From the NCBI GenBank assembly GCA_963724765.1, contig CAVRVY010000004.1, positions 1,024,001-1,088,000 of the forward strand: a stretch of 64,000 bases of DNA, in the 5' to 3' direction. Each line of letters starts with the position of its first letter. Position 1 is the stretch's first letter. This DNA comes from an uncultured delta proteobacterium. Lineage in GTDB: Bacteria; Desulfobacterota; Binatia; Binatales; Binataceae. The notes under the pieces are model-generated. The model made no database searches. It was not told where the DNA came from and was given only the letters and a program-made list of their open reading frames with translations. Shown here piece after piece: positions 10,533-20,339 of this stretch. The translations under genes and the position numbers were made by a program.

Positions 10533-11615
10533 ATGTTCCGCAAAGCAATTCATAAGATGGCGCCCTACGTGCCGGGCGAGCAGCCGCGGCTAGGCCAGCG
10601 CCTGGTCAAGCTCAATACCAACGAGAACCCATATCCACCCTCGCCACGAGTGCGCAAGGCGGTGGCGCACGCGGCGCTCGGCCAGGCGCTGCGGCTTTAT
10701 CCCGCGCCGCAGGCCGACGCCTTCGTCGCGGCCGCTGCGCGCCGCTATCACTTTGCCGAGCGCATGATTGTAGCCGGCAACGGCTCGGACGAGTTGCTGG
10801 CGATGCTGTTCCGGGCGACGCTCGGACCCGGCGACCGGGTGGCGTGGGCGACTCCAACCTACTCGCTCTACGACACGCTGGCGGAGGTGCAGGAGGCGCG
10901 CGTAATCGCGCCGCCACTCGGTCCCGATTTCGAGCTGCCGCTGGAGGCGCTGGCACACGCGCGCGCCCGCCTAACGGTCGTCTGCAATCCCAACTCGCCC
11001 TCGGGCACGCTCACGCCGCGCCGCACGCTCGCGCACCTGGCGCGCCTGCTCAACGGCCGCCTGCTCGCGATCGACGAGGCCTACGTCGACTTCGCCGAGG
11101 AAAACGCGCTCGACCTGGTGCGGCGGCTACCCAACGTCCTGGTGCTGCGCTCGCTCTCGAAGTCGTACTCGCTGGCCGGGATGAGGCTCGGGCTATGCTT
11201 CGCCCATCCCGATATCATCGAGCAACTCGGCAAGGTCAAGGATTCCTACAACCTGAGCCGCCTGGCGATTGCCGCTGGCGCCGCGGCGCTGGACGACAAC
11301 GCCTGGATGCTGCGCAATGTCGAGCGCGTCAAGCGCACGCGCGCCACGGCCACGCGCCGCTTGCTCAAAATGGGGTTCGCGGTGCCGCCATCGTCGGCCA
11401 ATTTCGTGTTGGCGCGGATGCCCGGCCGCGACCTCGGCCCGATGGTGGCGGAATTGCGCAAGCGCGGCGTGCTGGTGCGCCACTTCCGTGCATGGCCCGA
11501 CGCGATCAGGATTTCGATCGGCACACCGGCCGAGATGGCCGCGTTATTCAAGGTGCTCGCGCCGCTCGCCGCCGCTCTGACGGCCTCGCGGCGCAATGGA
11601 CGCGTGCGGAGCTAG
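10533..11615 (+). CDS. hisC: Histidinol-phosphate aminotransferase
   Basis: Motifs KLNTNENPY, GNGSDE, NPNSPSG, DEAY, RSLSKSYSLAGMRLG. Confidence 0.92.
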   Translation: MFRKAIHKMAPYVPGEQPRLGQRLVKLNTNENPYPPSPRVRKAVAHAALGQALRLYPAPQADAFVAAAARRYHFAERMIVAGNGSDELLAMLFRATLGPGDRVAWATPTYSLYDTLAEVQEARVIAPPLGPDFELPLEALAHARARLTVVCNPNSPSGTLTPRRTLAHLARLLNGRLLAIDEAYVDFAEENALDLVRRLPNVLVLRSLSKSYSLAGMRLGLCFAHPDIIEQLGKVKDSYNLSRLAIAAGAAALDDNAWMLRNVERVKRTRATATRRLLKMGFAVPPSSANFVLARMPGRDLGPMVAELRKRGVLVRHFRAWPDAIRISIGTPAEMAALFKVLAPLAAALTASRRNGRVRS

Positions 11616-11712
11616 CCGCATCGTGGCCCAGTCTCAGCCGGCGCGCGCGCAGTGCACAATTCCAACCGATGCGGCGAGCGTAAGAAGGAGCGCGTAGCGC
11701 GCGAAGTATGCG

Positions 11713-12372
11713 ATGGGCCGGCTGGGGCAGATGTTCTCCAGGTTCCGTTCCGCGCGCGCCGGCTCCGAGAGCCCGCCCGAGAAGCCCGAGGAGTGGCGCG
11801 AGATGCGATGGGTAGTGGCAGGCCTGGGCAACCCCGGCGATCAGTACCATCGCTCAGGCCACAATATCGGCTTCACGGTCATCGACCGCCTGGCCGAAAG
11901 ATGCGGCGCGAGCCTGGATCGGCGCAAGTTCAAAGGAATCTCCGGCGAGGCCAGAATCGGCGCGGACACCGTCATCCTGGTTAAGCCACAGACCTATTAC
12001 AATTTGAGCGGAGAATGTGTCGCGGCTATTCTCGGCTACTACAAAATTCCCGCCGAGCGTTTGATCGTCGTGCACGACGAAATCGATCTCGAGCCGCGCC
12101 AGCTCCGGCTCAAACGCGGCGGCGGTGACGCCGGCAACCGCGGCGTACGTTCAATCGCCGCCATCCTCGGCAGCCCCGAGTTCGTCCGCGTGCGGGTCGG
12201 AATCGGACGGCCCGCGCCCGGCCTGGAAGCCAAGGACCACGTGCTCCACGCGATGAGCCGCACGGAGCTCGAAGCCTTCAAGGCTTCGATCGAGCGTGCG
12301 GCCGAAGCGGTCGAAGCAGTGATTACCAGCGGTCTGGAGCGCGCGATGAACCTGTACAACCAGCGGGCCTGA
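11713..12372 (+). CDS. pth: Peptidyl-tRNA hydrolase (divergent active-site loop)
   Basis: Motifs GLGNPG, HNIGF, KPQTYYNLSG, VHDEIDL, RVRVGIGRP. Start may be about 30 codons later at MRWVVAG. Confidence 0.88.
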   Translation: MGRLGQMFSRFRSARAGSESPPEKPEEWREMRWVVAGLGNPGDQYHRSGHNIGFTVIDRLAERCGASLDRRKFKGISGEARIGADTVILVKPQTYYNLSGECVAAILGYYKIPAERLIVVHDEIDLEPRQLRLKRGGGDAGNRGVRSIAAILGSPEFVRVRVGIGRPAPGLEAKDHVLHAMSRTELEAFKASIERAAEAVEAVITSGLERAMNLYNQRA

Positions 12373-12384
12373 GCGCCGCGCGCG

Positions 12385-13299
12385 CTATACCGGCGCAGGC
12401 TTGCGCGGCGACGGTGCGAGACTTGCGCGATGGCCCCAGATGCTCGGGGCCTCGTGCTTTTGCACCTGCCAGGTCGCGTCGTCGACGATCCGCGCGCCCC
12501 ATCCGTACTCGACCTCGAAGCCAGACGGCGTGCGCAGGTAGAACGACATCATGTGATCGTTGGTGTGGCGCCCAATCGTGCCGGAAATTTCGACGCCCTG
12601 GTCCTGGCAGAGATAGTAAGTCGATCCAACGTCGTCCACGTGACGGCACTGCAGCATGAAATGCATCAAGCGCTTGGGCGCCGGGATGACGCCGAAGGCG
12701 ATCGAGTGATGGCGCGGGTTGCAGTGCATGAAGGTCAGGCTGATCGAATCGCCGCCGCGACGCGACCGCATGTCGATGAAGTCGCTGATCTTGAGGCCCA
12801 GCAGGTCGCGGTAGAAGCGCAGGCTCTTGGCCGAATCGTCCACGCGCACCACGATATGGCCCATCCCCAGCTCCCCGGTGACGAAGCCGGAAAGCGGCCG
12901 CGACGATTTGAACGGATGCTCGAAAGTCATCAGCGGCCCGAAATAAATCTCGGTCGGGATGCCGCTTGGGTCCTTGAGCTTCAGGTACTCGACCACGCGC
13001 CGCGCGCGCGCCTCCTGCGGTGTGGCCGCCGTGACCTCTACCCCGTCGGCCCGCAGCCGGGCGGCGATTTCGTTGAGCGCCGCCTGGTCGCGGACCTCCC
13101 ATCCGATGAACGCGAGGTCGTCGGCGCCGCCCGGCTGCAGGATGAATCGATGGTGGTACTCGTCCATCCTGAGAAACGTCGAGCCGTCCGCGTCGGCGCC
13201 GTTGACCTCCAGGCCGAGCACGTTGGTGGCGAAGTGCTCCCATAGCGCCAAGTCACTGACGCCGATACCCAGGTAGCCCAGTTGTGTCACACTCGCCAT
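12385..13299 (-). CDS. VOC-family extradiol dioxygenase (BphC/HsaC-like)
   Basis: Motifs LGYLGI, LRMD, GMGHIV, CNPRHHS, HFML, GRHTNDHMMSFY, GFEVEYGW; the Fe ligands H/H/E are present. Confidence 0.9.
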   Translation of the reverse strand: MASVTQLGYLGIGVSDLALWEHFATNVLGLEVNGADADGSTFLRMDEYHHRFILQPGGADDLAFIGWEVRDQAALNEIAARLRADGVEVTAATPQEARARRVVEYLKLKDPSGIPTEIYFGPLMTFEHPFKSSRPLSGFVTGELGMGHIVVRVDDSAKSLRFYRDLLGLKISDFIDMRSRRGGDSISLTFMHCNPRHHSIAFGVIPAPKRLMHFMLQCRHVDDVGSTYYLCQDQGVEISGTIGRHTNDHMMSFYLRTPSGFEVEYGWGARIVDDATWQVQKHEAPSIWGHRASLAPSPRKPAPV

Positions 13300-13355
13300 C
13301 GCGCTCTCCTATCGCGCTCTTCCTGAGCCGGCGCCGTCGCGAACGATCCGCCCGG

Positions 13356-14456
13356 TCACAGGCTCAAGTGGTAAAGCTCGGCGACGTTGTCGTGGAGGAT
13401 CTGGTTCTTTTCATCCTCGCTCAGCTCCGCCGTGTGCTTCTTGAGCAGTTCCTGCGACCAGGGCCAGGTCGAATCGCTGTGCGGGAAGTCGTTGGCCCAC
13501 ATCAGGCGGCGGAAGTTGCACATGTCCTTCATCTTGAAGGCTACCCAGTCGTCCTGGAACGTCAAATAGATATTCTCGCGAAAATACTCACTGGGCATCT
13601 TTGAGATCGTGCCGGCGGTGAGCCAGTAGCGATGGCGGTCGTAGGCGTGATCCATCCGATACATATAATGCGGCGCCCAGCCGGCGTCCGCCTCGACACA
13701 CACGATCTTGAGCCTGGGATGGCGCTCGAAGACGCCGCTTAAGATGAGCGTCCCGATGATGTCTTGGTTGCCGCGGATGATCGACATGAAGCTGTTGAGC
13801 TTGGGCCCGCGGCCGCGGCCAACCGCGTCATCGCGGCTGGTCAGGATGTGGAAGCTGAGCGGCAGGCCGAGGTCGATCGCGGCCTCCCAGAATGGATCGT
13901 AGATCGGGCTGTCGTAGTCCTCGACCTGCGGATTGCCCGGCATCATCACGCCTTTGAGGCCCAAATCCTTGATGCGCCGGAGGTCCGCGATACCCTCCTC
14001 GACCGAGCGCATCGCGGTCTGTCCCGTGCCGATGAGGCGGTCCGGATGAGCCGAGCAATAGCCGGCGACCCACTGGTTGTAAGCGTCGAAGCAGGCCTTC
14101 TTGTAATCGTAGTCCTTGTGATTGCAGAGCAACATCCCGACCGTCGGATAGATGATTTCGGCGGCGACGCCGTCGCGGTCCTGGTCGGCCATCCGCGCCT
14201 CGGGGTCCCACCCGCCGCGATGCAGCTCCTCGAACTTGACGCCGAGGAGCGTCAATTCGTGGGCGGCCTTGCCGGCGGCCGCGATCAACCCCATCGGAAT
14301 CGGCCGCGACATCCCATCGATCATGAACAGGTCGCCCTTGCGATCGTCGCGCACCATGTGCGGGGCGCGATCCCTGAACTTGGGATCGATGTAATCGATA
14401 TAGGCGTTTGGCGGTTCGGTGATATGCGAATCCGCAGAGATAATGGGTTTTTGCAT
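13356..14456 (-). CDS. Amidohydrolase_2 family protein
   Basis: Motifs ISADSH, DQDRDGVAAEIIYPT, SFHI, GVFERHPRLKIVCVE, WANDFPH. Confidence 0.88.
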   Translation of the reverse strand: MQKPIISADSHITEPPNAYIDYIDPKFRDRAPHMVRDDRKGDLFMIDGMSRPIPMGLIAAAGKAAHELTLLGVKFEELHRGGWDPEARMADQDRDGVAAEIIYPTVGMLLCNHKDYDYKKACFDAYNQWVAGYCSAHPDRLIGTGQTAMRSVEEGIADLRRIKDLGLKGVMMPGNPQVEDYDSPIYDPFWEAAIDLGLPLSFHILTSRDDAVGRGRGPKLNSFMSIIRGNQDIIGTLILSGVFERHPRLKIVCVEADAGWAPHYMYRMDHAYDRHRYWLTAGTISKMPSEYFRENIYLTFQDDWVAFKMKDMCNFRRLMWANDFPHSDSTWPWSQELLKKHTAELSEDEKNQILHDNVAELYHLSL

Positions 14457-14739
14457 CTTCCTTCCTCGTGAAGGCTCCGGGCGGAGCCTGGGATACAGAC
14501 GTGTTCCGTTCCTATAGTGAGTTTTACTAGACGGGAGCGGCGTTTACAACGAATTGCGCGCGCTCAATCGGCCCGCGGCTAGCGTGGGCGCTTGCGGCTG
14601 CGATATAACTGGTCGTGGATTCAGGCCCCTTCCGGATTTCCCTATTCACGTGCCGGACGCAAAACACGGCGTACCGGCCGGGCTCAATGAGAGATTCGCG
14701 CTGGAAGAGATTTCGGGCGAGATTTCGGGAGAGATTTAG

Positions 14740-16434
14740 ATGGACTACGACCTCAAGATAACGGGCGGTACGATAATCGACGGCACCGGATCCCCAGCGC
14801 GCGACGGCGACGTCGCGATCAAAGACGGCAAGATTGCCGCCGTAGGCGAGGCTCCCGGCAAAGCGGCCGCGACCGTCGAGGCGCGCGGCCGCGTGGTCGC
14901 CCCCGGCTTCGTCGACATCCACACGCACTACGATGCGCAAATTCTGTGGGACCGCATGATGACCATTTCGCCATGGCACGGAGTGACCACGGTGGTGATG
15001 GGCAATTGCGGCTTCGGCGTCGCGCCGACCCGCCCCGAGCATCGCGGACTCATCATGCGCACGCTCGAGAAAGTCGAAGGGATGAGCCTCGACGCGCTGG
15101 AGGCGGGACTGGGTTACGAATGGCCGTTCGAGACCTTCGAGCAGTACCTCGACGCGGTCGAAAAACGCGGCTCGGTGATCAATGTCGGAGCGCTGATCGG
15201 ACATACGCCGACGCGGCTGTACGTGATGGGCGAGGAATCCGTGGAACGGCCGGCCAATGAAGGCGAGGTCGCCCAGATGCGCGAGATTGTGCGGCGCGGA
15301 ATCCGCGCCGGCGCGGTGGGCTTTGCCACCTCCAAGTCGCCCACCCACGTCGGCTATAGCGGCAAGCCGGTGCCCAGCCGCAAGGCGGAAATGAGCGAGA
15401 TAACTGCGCTGGCGAGCGTGCTCGCCGAAGAAAAGAGCGGCGTGATCCAGGCCACGGTCGGCCGCGAACTGTTCCTCAAGGAATTCGCCGACCTGTTTCG
15501 CGCGACCGGCCGCACCATCACCTGGACCGCGCTGCTGCCCGGGATGACCGGATCCAACGACGGCCATCGCCGCCTGCTCGCGCAGTCGCAGGAGTTGTCC
15601 GACCAGGGGATGAACATCGTGCCGCAGGTCGCATGCCGGCCGCTCAACTTCGAGATGACGCTCAAGGAGCCTTTCATCTTCGAGAGCCTCGCGATGTTCA
15701 AGCAGATTTCGGAAGCTGACTTCGACGGCAAAACGAAAATCTATTCCGACCCCGAGTTCCGCGCGATGTTCAAGGCCAAGACCGGGATAAACTCGGCGGG
15801 CCGCTTTGCCGACCGATGGGAGCGTAGCTGGGTCTCGCACTATCCGGGGCGCCCGGAGCTCGAGGAAAGCAACCTCGCCGAACTCGCGCGCGAGCGCGGC
15901 GTCGATCCGATCGACCTGATGCTCGACATCGGGCTCGAAACCAAACTTGAAGCGCGATTCCGGATGGCATTGTTCAATTACGAGGAAGACGAGGTAATCG
16001 CATTGCTTAACGGCAAGGGTACGGTAGTCGGGCTTTCCGACGCGGGCGCGCATGCGAGCCAGCTTTGCGATGCATGCTTCTCGACCTACCTGATGGGGCA
16101 CTGGGTGCGCGAGCGCAAGGCGATTCCGATCGAACGCGCGGTATGGATGCTGACGGCGCGGCCGGCGGAAGTCTTCGCGCTGAGCGACCGCGGGCGGCTC
16201 GTGCCGGAATTGGCGGGCGACGTGGTGGTGTTCGACCCGGACAAAATCGGATGCTCGCGGCTGCGCCGGGTCAATGATCTTCCGTCGGGCGCGGACCGGC
16301 TGGTCGCCGACGCCTACGGGATCGACGCCGTGATCGTCAATGGCAAGGTCATCCGACGCGAAGGACGCGACATGGTCGCGCCGGACGGGCCGCTGCCAGG
16401 CCGCCTGCTGCGTCACGGACGCGCATCGGCCTGA
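14740..16434 (+). CDS. N-acyl-D-amino acid deacylase-like amidohydrolase
   Basis: Motifs IIDGTG, PGFVDIHTHYD, GVTTVVMGNCG, SDAGAH, DVVVFDP. Confidence 0.85.
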   Translation: MDYDLKITGGTIIDGTGSPARDGDVAIKDGKIAAVGEAPGKAAATVEARGRVVAPGFVDIHTHYDAQILWDRMMTISPWHGVTTVVMGNCGFGVAPTRPEHRGLIMRTLEKVEGMSLDALEAGLGYEWPFETFEQYLDAVEKRGSVINVGALIGHTPTRLYVMGEESVERPANEGEVAQMREIVRRGIRAGAVGFATSKSPTHVGYSGKPVPSRKAEMSEITALASVLAEEKSGVIQATVGRELFLKEFADLFRATGRTITWTALLPGMTGSNDGHRRLLAQSQELSDQGMNIVPQVACRPLNFEMTLKEPFIFESLAMFKQISEADFDGKTKIYSDPEFRAMFKAKTGINSAGRFADRWERSWVSHYPGRPELEESNLAELARERGVDPIDLMLDIGLETKLEARFRMALFNYEEDEVIALLNGKGTVVGLSDAGAHASQLCDACFSTYLMGHWVRERKAIPIERAVWMLTARPAEVFALSDRGRLVPELAGDVVVFDPDKIGCSRLRRVNDLPSGADRLVADAYGIDAVIVNGKVIRREGRDMVAPDGPLPGRLLRHGRASA

Positions 16435-16552
16435 GCGAATCGACCGGCACGCGTCGAAACATCATCGTTGCGTAGAAATATCATAGTAAACATGGGGCTA
16501 TGGTGAGAAAATCGGCGATCCGCGCATCGCGGTCCGCCGATTCCATGCGCTG

Positions 16553-17029
16553 ATGTTTTCACCTTCCTACGACTCGCTCGCGCCGCTCGACGCGATCCTG
16601 AACGCGACGGCGGCAATACTGCTGCTGGCCGGATATATCGCGATCCGCCGCCATCACGTGCACGTCCATCGCGCTTGCATGATTAGCGCATTCACCGTGT
16701 CGGTGGCTTTCTTCATTTCCTACTGCATTTACCATTACCATGTGGGCGACGTGCGTTTCGGCGGCCAGGGTTTGATCCGGCCGGTCTATTTCTCGATTCT
16801 CGTTTCGCACATCATCCTTGCGGTCGTGATCGTGCCGCTCGCATTGATCACGCTCGGCCGCGCGCTGCGCGGCCGCTTCGCGCGGCATCGGCGAATCGCT
16901 CGCTGGACGTGGCCAATCTGGATGTACGTCTCGCTGACCGGCGTGGTGGTCTACCTGATGGTGTATTGGCTGTACCCGCATCTGCCGCCCGCGGCGACGA
17001 CGGCGGCCGCCATCACCGCGCCGCGATGA
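16553..17029 (+). CDS. DUF420 family membrane protein
   Basis: Four TMs; HRACM, ILVSHIILA, HRRIARWTWPIWMYVSLTGVVVY. Confidence 0.88.
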   Translation: MFSPSYDSLAPLDAILNATAAILLLAGYIAIRRHHVHVHRACMISAFTVSVAFFISYCIYHYHVGDVRFGGQGLIRPVYFSILVSHIILAVVIVPLALITLGRALRGRFARHRRIARWTWPIWMYVSLTGVVVYLMVYWLYPHLPPAATTAAAITAPR

Positions 17030-17146
17030 GTTGGCAGGGGCGGGGCGCGCCGCCGCCATCGGCGTCGCGCCCTGCCCCTGCCAACTGAGGTCGGGAACGA
17101 AGCAAACACGGCCGCGGCGCCCGAAGGCGCCGCGGCCGTGTTTGCT
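17029..17146. terminator. Two tandem long hairpins between convergent genes
   Basis: 17029-17086 has a 21-bp stem with one G-T pair. 17101-17146 has a perfect 21-bp stem, agcaaacacggccgcggcgcc-cgaa-ggcgccgcggccgtgtttgct. Confidence 0.75.
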
Positions 17147-17169
17147 AAACTATCCCGCTGACGGCGCGC

Positions 17170-17955
17170 TCAGCTCTTGAGAAACTCCGTCACCACCTTG
17201 TCGAACTCGGCCGGCTGCTCGTACATCACCATGTGTCCGGCTTCCTTGATCGTGTGCACGCGGCTGTTGCGGATGTGTTTCTTAAACTCGCGCGCATATA
17301 CGGGCGGGATCACCTTGTCGGATTCGCCCCACAGCAGCAGCGTCGGCGCGGCGATCCGATAGGCGCGTTTTTTCAGCCCGCGATCAGGAATCGGCCACAG
17401 GAACTTGCTCGCCGTCGAAAAGCGCTTGGTGCGCTCGACGTACATCGCGGTCACCAGTTCCTGGTCGTCCCACGGCATCGCAAGCATCATCTGCGCCAGC
17501 GGCGACTTGGGATCGTGGAACAGCATCGCCGGCAGATCGTCCAGATCGGTGGCGAATAGATCGGGGATCGGATCGTTTTCGAGCCAGAAGCCGGCCGCCC
17601 CGACCAGCACCAGCTTCTTCGCCCGCCGCGTGTCGAGCGCCGCCACTTCCGCCGCCAGCATCCCGCCCATCGAGTGGCCGACAATGTTGGCGCTGGGAAT
17701 TTTCAGCTCGTCCATCAGCTCATGGTAAAACAGAGCCGCGTCGATCACGTCGTCGATATGCTCGCCGCCGGTCGATTCGCCGTAGCCCGGCAGATGCGGC
17801 GCGTAAACCTTGAAATTGCGGCCGAGGTCTTCGAGGAACGGGTCGGCTCCTGTGAGTCCGCCCGCGCCATGAAGAAACAGCAGCGGCTCGCCCTTGCCAG
17901 TGACTTCCATCTCGACGGAAAACTTCCCGTCGCACAGTTTCTGATGTGTTTTCAT
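17170..17955 (-). CDS. Alpha/beta hydrolase
   Basis: Motifs LHGAGG, GHSMGG nucleophile elbow, WGESD, AGH. Start overlaps the LLM stop codon. Confidence 0.88.
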   Translation of the reverse strand: MKTHQKLCDGKFSVEMEVTGKGEPLLFLHGAGGLTGADPFLEDLGRNFKVYAPHLPGYGESTGGEHIDDVIDAALFYHELMDELKIPSANIVGHSMGGMLAAEVAALDTRRAKKLVLVGAAGFWLENDPIPDLFATDLDDLPAMLFHDPKSPLAQMMLAMPWDDQELVTAMYVERTKRFSTASKFLWPIPDRGLKKRAYRIAAPTLLLWGESDKVIPPVYAREFKKHIRNSRVHTIKEAGHMVMYEQPAEFDKVVTEFLKS

Positions 17956-19253
17956 TACTTCACTGAACTCCTGGTTTCGGACGCGTTCGGCTTCCGCGTC
18001 TTGCCGTTGGTCATTGGAGGCTCGAACGAAATCGGCGCCGGCATCGCCATCTCATTGGCCGGCAGGCGCTTGGGCGACCACTTGTCCTCGAAGCCGGTCC
18101 ACAGGTCGCGCATATGCGGCATCACTTCGCGCGCGAACAACTCGGTGCTCTTGCGCACCAGCTCGGGCGGCATCGAACCGATTTGCTGCAGGATCATCAG
18201 GTGGCCGCAGTTGAGGCTCTTGAGCGCCTCGCGCAGACGATCACGCACGGTGGCCGGCGAGCCGGCGATCACGTAACCGTCGTTGATGAAGTCCTTCCAG
18301 GTAAGGCCTTCGCGGGTGATCGAGGCGTTCTTGCCGACCTGGCCGGTCAGCCCCGCCTTGATCGTGCTGGGCGTGCGGTAGCCCGGCGCGTCGGCGAAGC
18401 CGGGATAGACGTGCAGGCAGCGATTGTAGAAGTAATCCATGTGCGAAGCGTAGTCGCGCTCGGCCTGCTCGTCGGTCTCCGAGACCGCAACTACCTGGGC
18501 GAAGCCGAGGCTGTAGGGATTGAGCTCCTTGCCCTTCTTCGCCATCACGTTCCAATATCCGTCGGCGACCTTCTTGCCGGCCTTGTAACCGAAGAACGAC
18601 AGGAACGAGTACTGGTAGTCGTGATCGGCGACGAAGTCCCAGGTCTCGACCGAGCCGCCGCCGGGAATCCAGACCGGCGGATGGGGCTGCTGGAGCGGCT
18701 TGGGCCACAAATTGACGTAGCGCAGCTTGGTGAACTTGCCGTTGAAGGAGAACTGATCCTTTTCCTTCCACGCGCGGATAATCAGATCGTGCGCCTCGAA
18801 GTACTTCTCGCGCAGCGTGGCCGGGACCTCGCCGTAGCAAAAGTTGGTGTCCATCGAGGTGCCGACTGGAAATCCGGCCACCAGGCGCCCGCCGCTCAGC
18901 ACGTCCAGCATCGCGAATTCCTCGGCCACCCGCACCGGCGGGTTGTACAGCGCGATCGAGTTGCCGAGCACGACCAGGTTGGCGTTATGCGTGCGCCGGG
19001 TCAGCGCCGCCGCCATGATATTCGGCGAGGGCATCATGCCGTAGGCGTTCTGATGATGCTCGTTGACGCCGAGGCCGTCGAAGCCCATGTGGTCGGCGAA
19101 CTCGAGCTGATCGAGGTAGTCGTTGTACAGCCGATGGCCGACCTTGGGATCGTAGAGGTCGCGCGGGATATCAACCCACACGCTGTGATACTTCTTCTTG
19201 AAGTCGTCGGGCAGGAAACGGTAGGGCATCAGGTGAAACCACGTAAATTTCAT
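17955..19253 (-). CDS. LLM-class flavin-dependent monooxygenase
   Basis: Motifs GFDGLGVNEHH, RVAEEFAMLDVLSGGRLVAG, PKPLQQPHPPVW, GSPATV. Confidence 0.9.
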   Translation of the reverse strand: MKFTWFHLMPYRFLPDDFKKKYHSVWVDIPRDLYDPKVGHRLYNDYLDQLEFADHMGFDGLGVNEHHQNAYGMMPSPNIMAAALTRRTHNANLVVLGNSIALYNPPVRVAEEFAMLDVLSGGRLVAGFPVGTSMDTNFCYGEVPATLREKYFEAHDLIIRAWKEKDQFSFNGKFTKLRYVNLWPKPLQQPHPPVWIPGGGSVETWDFVADHDYQYSFLSFFGYKAGKKVADGYWNVMAKKGKELNPYSLGFAQVVAVSETDEQAERDYASHMDYFYNRCLHVYPGFADAPGYRTPSTIKAGLTGQVGKNASITREGLTWKDFINDGYVIAGSPATVRDRLREALKSLNCGHLMILQQIGSMPPELVRKSTELFAREVMPHMRDLWTGFEDKWSPKRLPANEMAMPAPISFEPPMTNGKTRKPNASETRSSVK

Positions 19254-19300
19254 AAGCCAATCTCCTTTGGAGAGTGCGGTCCTTATTTAATCATGCACGC

Positions 19301-20149
19301 CTAATCATCCAGCGGCGATATGCTCCGGCGCGTCTGCATCGTGCGCTCCGCCGCTCCGTCAGGTAGATCCGTGAAAGCGCCGCCGCGCCAAGTCTTGCCG
19401 ACCTTGCCAGCATTGACGCTGCGCCTCCCGCGCGCGGGCGGCGCTGACGGCAAGGGCAATGATTTGACCGGGCCGGCATTCGAGCGCCGGGGCCGCTGGG
19501 CAGCGGCCTCTGCGGCGGCCAGCTGGAACTCGAAGGTCTCCTCCAGCAACCGCGCCGCCTCGAGCCCGGTTATATCCCGGAAAATTTTCACGTCGTCCAT
19601 CAGCAGGAACGCGCCATTGAGCGCAGCCCATATCACGGTCGCCGCGCGCGTGGCGTCGGCGCTGGAGGTGCGCGCCCCGGTGGCGTTCAACCAGCGCTTG
19701 ACCGAATCGCGATAAAGCTCGAAGCACTCGCGGCCAAGCTTTCGGACTTGCTCGAAATGCTCCAGCTCTTCGGCGCGCGACAGGCGCAGCGACAGCTTGC
19801 TGAAGGTGACCGAGAGCTGGGCGAGGAACAGTCCGCGCGACTCGCGCAGGTAGTCGAAGTAGGCGTTGCCGATCGCGCGCACTTCGTCGCGCGGCTTGAG
19901 GCCGCGCGCATGGATTTCCAGATAGCGCTCGCGCAGCTTGCCAATCCGCCCGGCCATCAGACTGACGAAAAGATCGTCGCGCGAGAAGAAATAAAGATAG
20001 ATGGTCCCGACGGCGACCTCGGCCTGGCGCGCGACCATCTCGACCGTGGCGCCGTCGACGCCGTGCTCGGCGAAGACCTGCGCCGCGGCGGTGAGGATGG
20101 TCTCGCGCCGGGCGAGACGCTCGCGCTCCTTGCGCTCGCGAACGCTCAT
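19301..20149 (-). CDS. TetR/AcrR family regulator
   Basis: ATG 20149 MSVRERKERERLARRETILTAAAQVF...VARQAEVAVGTIYLYF HTH. Confidence 0.88.
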   Translation of the reverse strand: MSVRERKERERLARRETILTAAAQVFAEHGVDGATVEMVARQAEVAVGTIYLYFFSRDDLFVSLMAGRIGKLRERYLEIHARGLKPRDEVRAIGNAYFDYLRESRGLFLAQLSVTFSKLSLRLSRAEELEHFEQVRKLGRECFELYRDSVKRWLNATGARTSSADATRAATVIWAALNGAFLLMDDVKIFRDITGLEAARLLEETFEFQLAAAEAAAQRPRRSNAGPVKSLPLPSAPPARGRRSVNAGKVGKTWRGGAFTDLPDGAAERTMQTRRSISPLDD

Positions 20150-20157
20150 ACTGTCTG

Positions 20158-20173
20158 CTGAATCTTCATTCAG
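20158..20173. promoter_or_regulatory. Putative TetR autoregulatory operator
   Basis: Palindrome CTGAAT-cttc-ATTCAG, 8 bp upstream of the tetR ATG; no obvious RBS. Confidence 0.5.
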
Positions 20174-20339
20174 TTTCTGAAGCAGACTTCTACCGCCAAA
20201 CCATCCGAGTGTCAAACACCAGAAGACGCCCCTTGCCGTAACCAAGCAAGTCGCTGGCAGGCTGGCAAACAGAGGGGAATGAGGGTCGACCAACTAGGAT
20301 AAGGATCCTAAGCAATTCTAGGCCGCGCGGGCCGAATCG

